From UHGV virus genome UHGV-1428581: a stretch of 35,768 nt of DNA; one strand, 5' to 3'. How positions within the stretch are numbered: the stretch's first letter is position 1; every line of letters begins with the position of its first letter. A program made the position numbers and the translations under genes. The notes beneath the pieces were generated by a model. It saw nothing but the letters and a program-made list of their open reading frames with translations. It had not been told where the DNA came from and searched no databases. Below, one piece after another: positions 34,296 through 35,768 of this stretch. The DNA comes from a virus.

Positions 34296-34499
34296 ATGCT
34301 GCGATGGCAACCGGGAGCTGTATTGCTCTCAGATTTCGATATCAAGATTGGCCGGTTATCCGCCAGCGTACGAAAGAAGACCCTGACCAGGACTGAAATC
34401 GAACGCGCATGCGAAGAAGCTGATAACGCGATAGTCGGCATGATGAGGAAAGACCATGCGACACGAAAACGACATCATCTCAAGGGAGGAGATGATTGA
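34296..34499 (+). CDS. Hypothetical 67-aa protein
   Basis: GGAG 6 nt upstream of ATG. Overlaps the xis-like start by 44 nt. Confidence 0.35.
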   Translation: MLRWQPGAVLLSDFDIKIGRLSASVRKKTLTRTEIERACEEADNAIVGMMRKDHATRKRHHLKGGDD

Positions 34500-34701
34500 A
34501 CTAACCGGAACCACTCTTAAATCCAGGCAATGCGAAGCACTGCGCCGGGCTGGTATCTTCTTCATAGAAAGGGCTGATGGACACCCAAAAACAACATGGG
34601 GCCACTTCACTAACCCGATAAAATACCGCAACCAGAACACCGAAGAGTTGCAGGAAGAAGAACCAGATTTCGGAGCGGTATTCAATGGCCGGAAAGCGTA
34701 A
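34456..34701 (+). CDS. xis: Excisionase-like protein (DUF4224-type)
   Basis: 81 aa. ISREEMIELTGTTLKSRQCEALRRAGIFF is typical of DUF4224 excisionase-like proteins. Immediately upstream of, and overlapping, int. Start uses GAGGAAAGACC-ATG. Confidence 0.6.
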   Translation: MRHENDIISREEMIELTGTTLKSRQCEALRRAGIFFIERADGHPKTTWGHFTNPIKYRNQNTEELQEEEPDFGAVFNGRKA

Positions 34702-35701
34702 AAACCCTGCCGATAACTGGATGCCGCCCCGCGTCTACCGTGGTAAAGCGGCATATGAATTCAGGAATAAGGATAACAAGGCTATCAGGCTATGTGCGCT
34801 CTCAGAGCCGCAGTCAGCCGTTTGGTTGGCCTATGAAAAAGCTGTGGGTGAAGAAAAAGAGAGGAGAACCTTTCAGACTCTTGCCGATCAGTTTATGTGC
34901 TCCCCTGATTTTATGGATTTGGCAGCTGAAACCAGAAAAGACTACGTAAAGTATTCAGGCAAAGTTCTACCCGTTTTTGGGAAAATTAACCCTGATAAAA
35001 TTAAACCTGAACATATCCGCCGTTACATGGATCAGCGCGGCCTATCCAGCCGAACTCAGGCCAACCGGGAAAAGAGTTTTCTTTCGCGGGTATTCCGCTG
35101 GGGTTATGAGCGGGGTTACGTTCAGCATAATCCCTGTCAGGGCGTTAAGAAATTCAAAGAGACGGCCAGGGAGCGTTACATCACCGACGAAGAATACAAA
35201 GCGGTTTACGACGTTGCTCCGGACGTGGTTCGCGCCACCATGGAAATCGCTTATTTGTGTCTGGCCAGACAAAGCGATGTGCTGGCTTTGACTGAAGACC
35301 AGATACGGGAAACCGGGATCTTTATCCGCCAGGGCAAAACAGGCGTGAAGCAAATCAAAGCATGGACGCCACGCCTGCGAGCCGCTGTCGCCCTCGCCCG
35401 TTCCCTGCCGTTAAAGCCGGGTATCCGTAGCCTGTTTGTCATTCACCAGACCAGCGGCGGCAAATACACTCGCGACGGTTTTAATTCACGCTGGCGCGAC
35501 GCCAAAATCGCAGCTCAGGAAAAGAACCCGCACCTGCAGATAGATTTCACTTTCCATGATCTGAAGGCGAAAGGTGTTTCTGATCTGGAAGGAAGCCTCG
35601 AAGAGAAACAGGCGATTTCTGGTCATAAAAATTCGAGGCAAACGGCAATTTACGACAGAAAAACTAAAATCGTGCCGGTGGTCGGCGGTCAGAAAAAATG
35701 A
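34685..35701 (+). CDS. int: Tyrosine site-specific integrase (lambda Int family) with N-terminal arm-binding domain
   Basis: 338 aa. N-terminal PPRVYRGKAAYEFR arm-type motif. Catalytic region with HDLKAKG and the terminal tyrosine context TAIYDRK. Confidence 0.9.
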   Translation: MAGKRKNPADNWMPPRVYRGKAAYEFRNKDNKAIRLCALSEPQSAVWLAYEKAVGEEKERRTFQTLADQFMCSPDFMDLAAETRKDYVKYSGKVLPVFGKINPDKIKPEHIRRYMDQRGLSSRTQANREKSFLSRVFRWGYERGYVQHNPCQGVKKFKETARERYITDEEYKAVYDVAPDVVRATMEIAYLCLARQSDVLALTEDQIRETGIFIRQGKTGVKQIKAWTPRLRAAVALARSLPLKPGIRSLFVIHQTSGGKYTRDGFNSRWRDAKIAAQEKNPHLQIDFTFHDLKAKGVSDLEGSLEEKQAISGHKNSRQTAIYDRKTKIVPVVGGQKK

Positions 35702-35768
35702 ATCGCTATGCGTTCGCGGAAAAACCATCTTCGGACGCATCTTCGGAAAGGAGGATTTCAGATACAAA

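Larger units (their letters stand above)
64..35701. mobile_element. Integrated temperate phage (prophage): tRNA-derived att remnant at left, xis-int at right, complete early, replication, morphogenesis and lysis modules between
   Basis: Continuous phage gene content across the window, bounded by a partial tRNA 3' segment at 64-119 and a tyrosine integrase at 34685-35701. The second att copy (intact tRNA) is expected just beyond the right edge and is not visible. Confidence 0.85.

Noticed and set aside
1-35768. CRISPR arrays, rRNA, intact tRNA, IS elements.
   Set aside because: No spacer-repeat periodicity and no rRNA-like sequence. The only tRNA sequence is the truncated 56-nt att remnant. 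No transposase-like ORF or terminal inverted repeats found.

Overview
Nearly the whole window is one integrated temperate phage of about 35.6 kb in an enterobacterial-type host. Its left edge (64-119, minus strand) is a 56-nt remnant of the 3' half of a tRNA-Leu(UAA), running from the anticodon loop to CCA, followed by a host-type terminator (1-22). This is the classic displaced att copy. Its right edge is an excisionase plus tyrosine integrase pair (34456-35701).

Gene organisation. From 29713 down to 258 almost everything is on the minus strand. The order is: a Cro-like regulator; YdaT-like protein; replication initiator with in-gene iterons; DnaB helicase; a nin-like accessory block (MT-A70 methyltransferase, HNH endonuclease, zinc-finger protein, a LexA-box-controlled 63-aa gene, YbcO-like nuclease); a small HTH protein; then a morphogenesis module whose order and several protein signatures are T7-like. 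That module runs gp6.7/7.3-like proteins, portal, scaffold, capsid, tail tubular A and B, internal virion proteins (one with a lytic transglycosylase domain), TerS, TerL, and a tailspike with a T7 gp17-type N-terminus. It ends in a phage-21-type lysis cassette: pinholin, SAR endolysin and nested Rz/Rz1.

On the plus strand, rightward from 29813, are an S24-less XRE-family repressor, a terminator, a near-consensus sigma70 promoter, an unusual structured leader dense in repeats, then an Erf-family annealing protein fused to a large N-terminal domain, a Gp157-family protein, small ORFs, xis and int.

No phage RNA polymerase is present. The element is therefore a lambdoid/Rac-type control backbone driving a T7-like virion module. 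I regard that as the most interesting system-level feature.

Other points worth a second look are:
- a LexA box directly upstream of a small gene, combined with a non-cleavable repressor, which suggests an antirepressor-type SOS induction circuit;
- a 16-bp palindrome GGTCGGAATCCCGACC recurring five times at late-operon junctions;
- a 15-nt start-site module GAGGAAAGACCAATG used verbatim by at least seven genes, plus related repeats;
- a low-GC plus-strand moron encoding a secreted protein inserted antisense in the virion operon;
- a GNAT acetyltransferase in the internal-virion-protein block.

All protein family calls are from motif recognition by eye and need HMM/BLAST confirmation.
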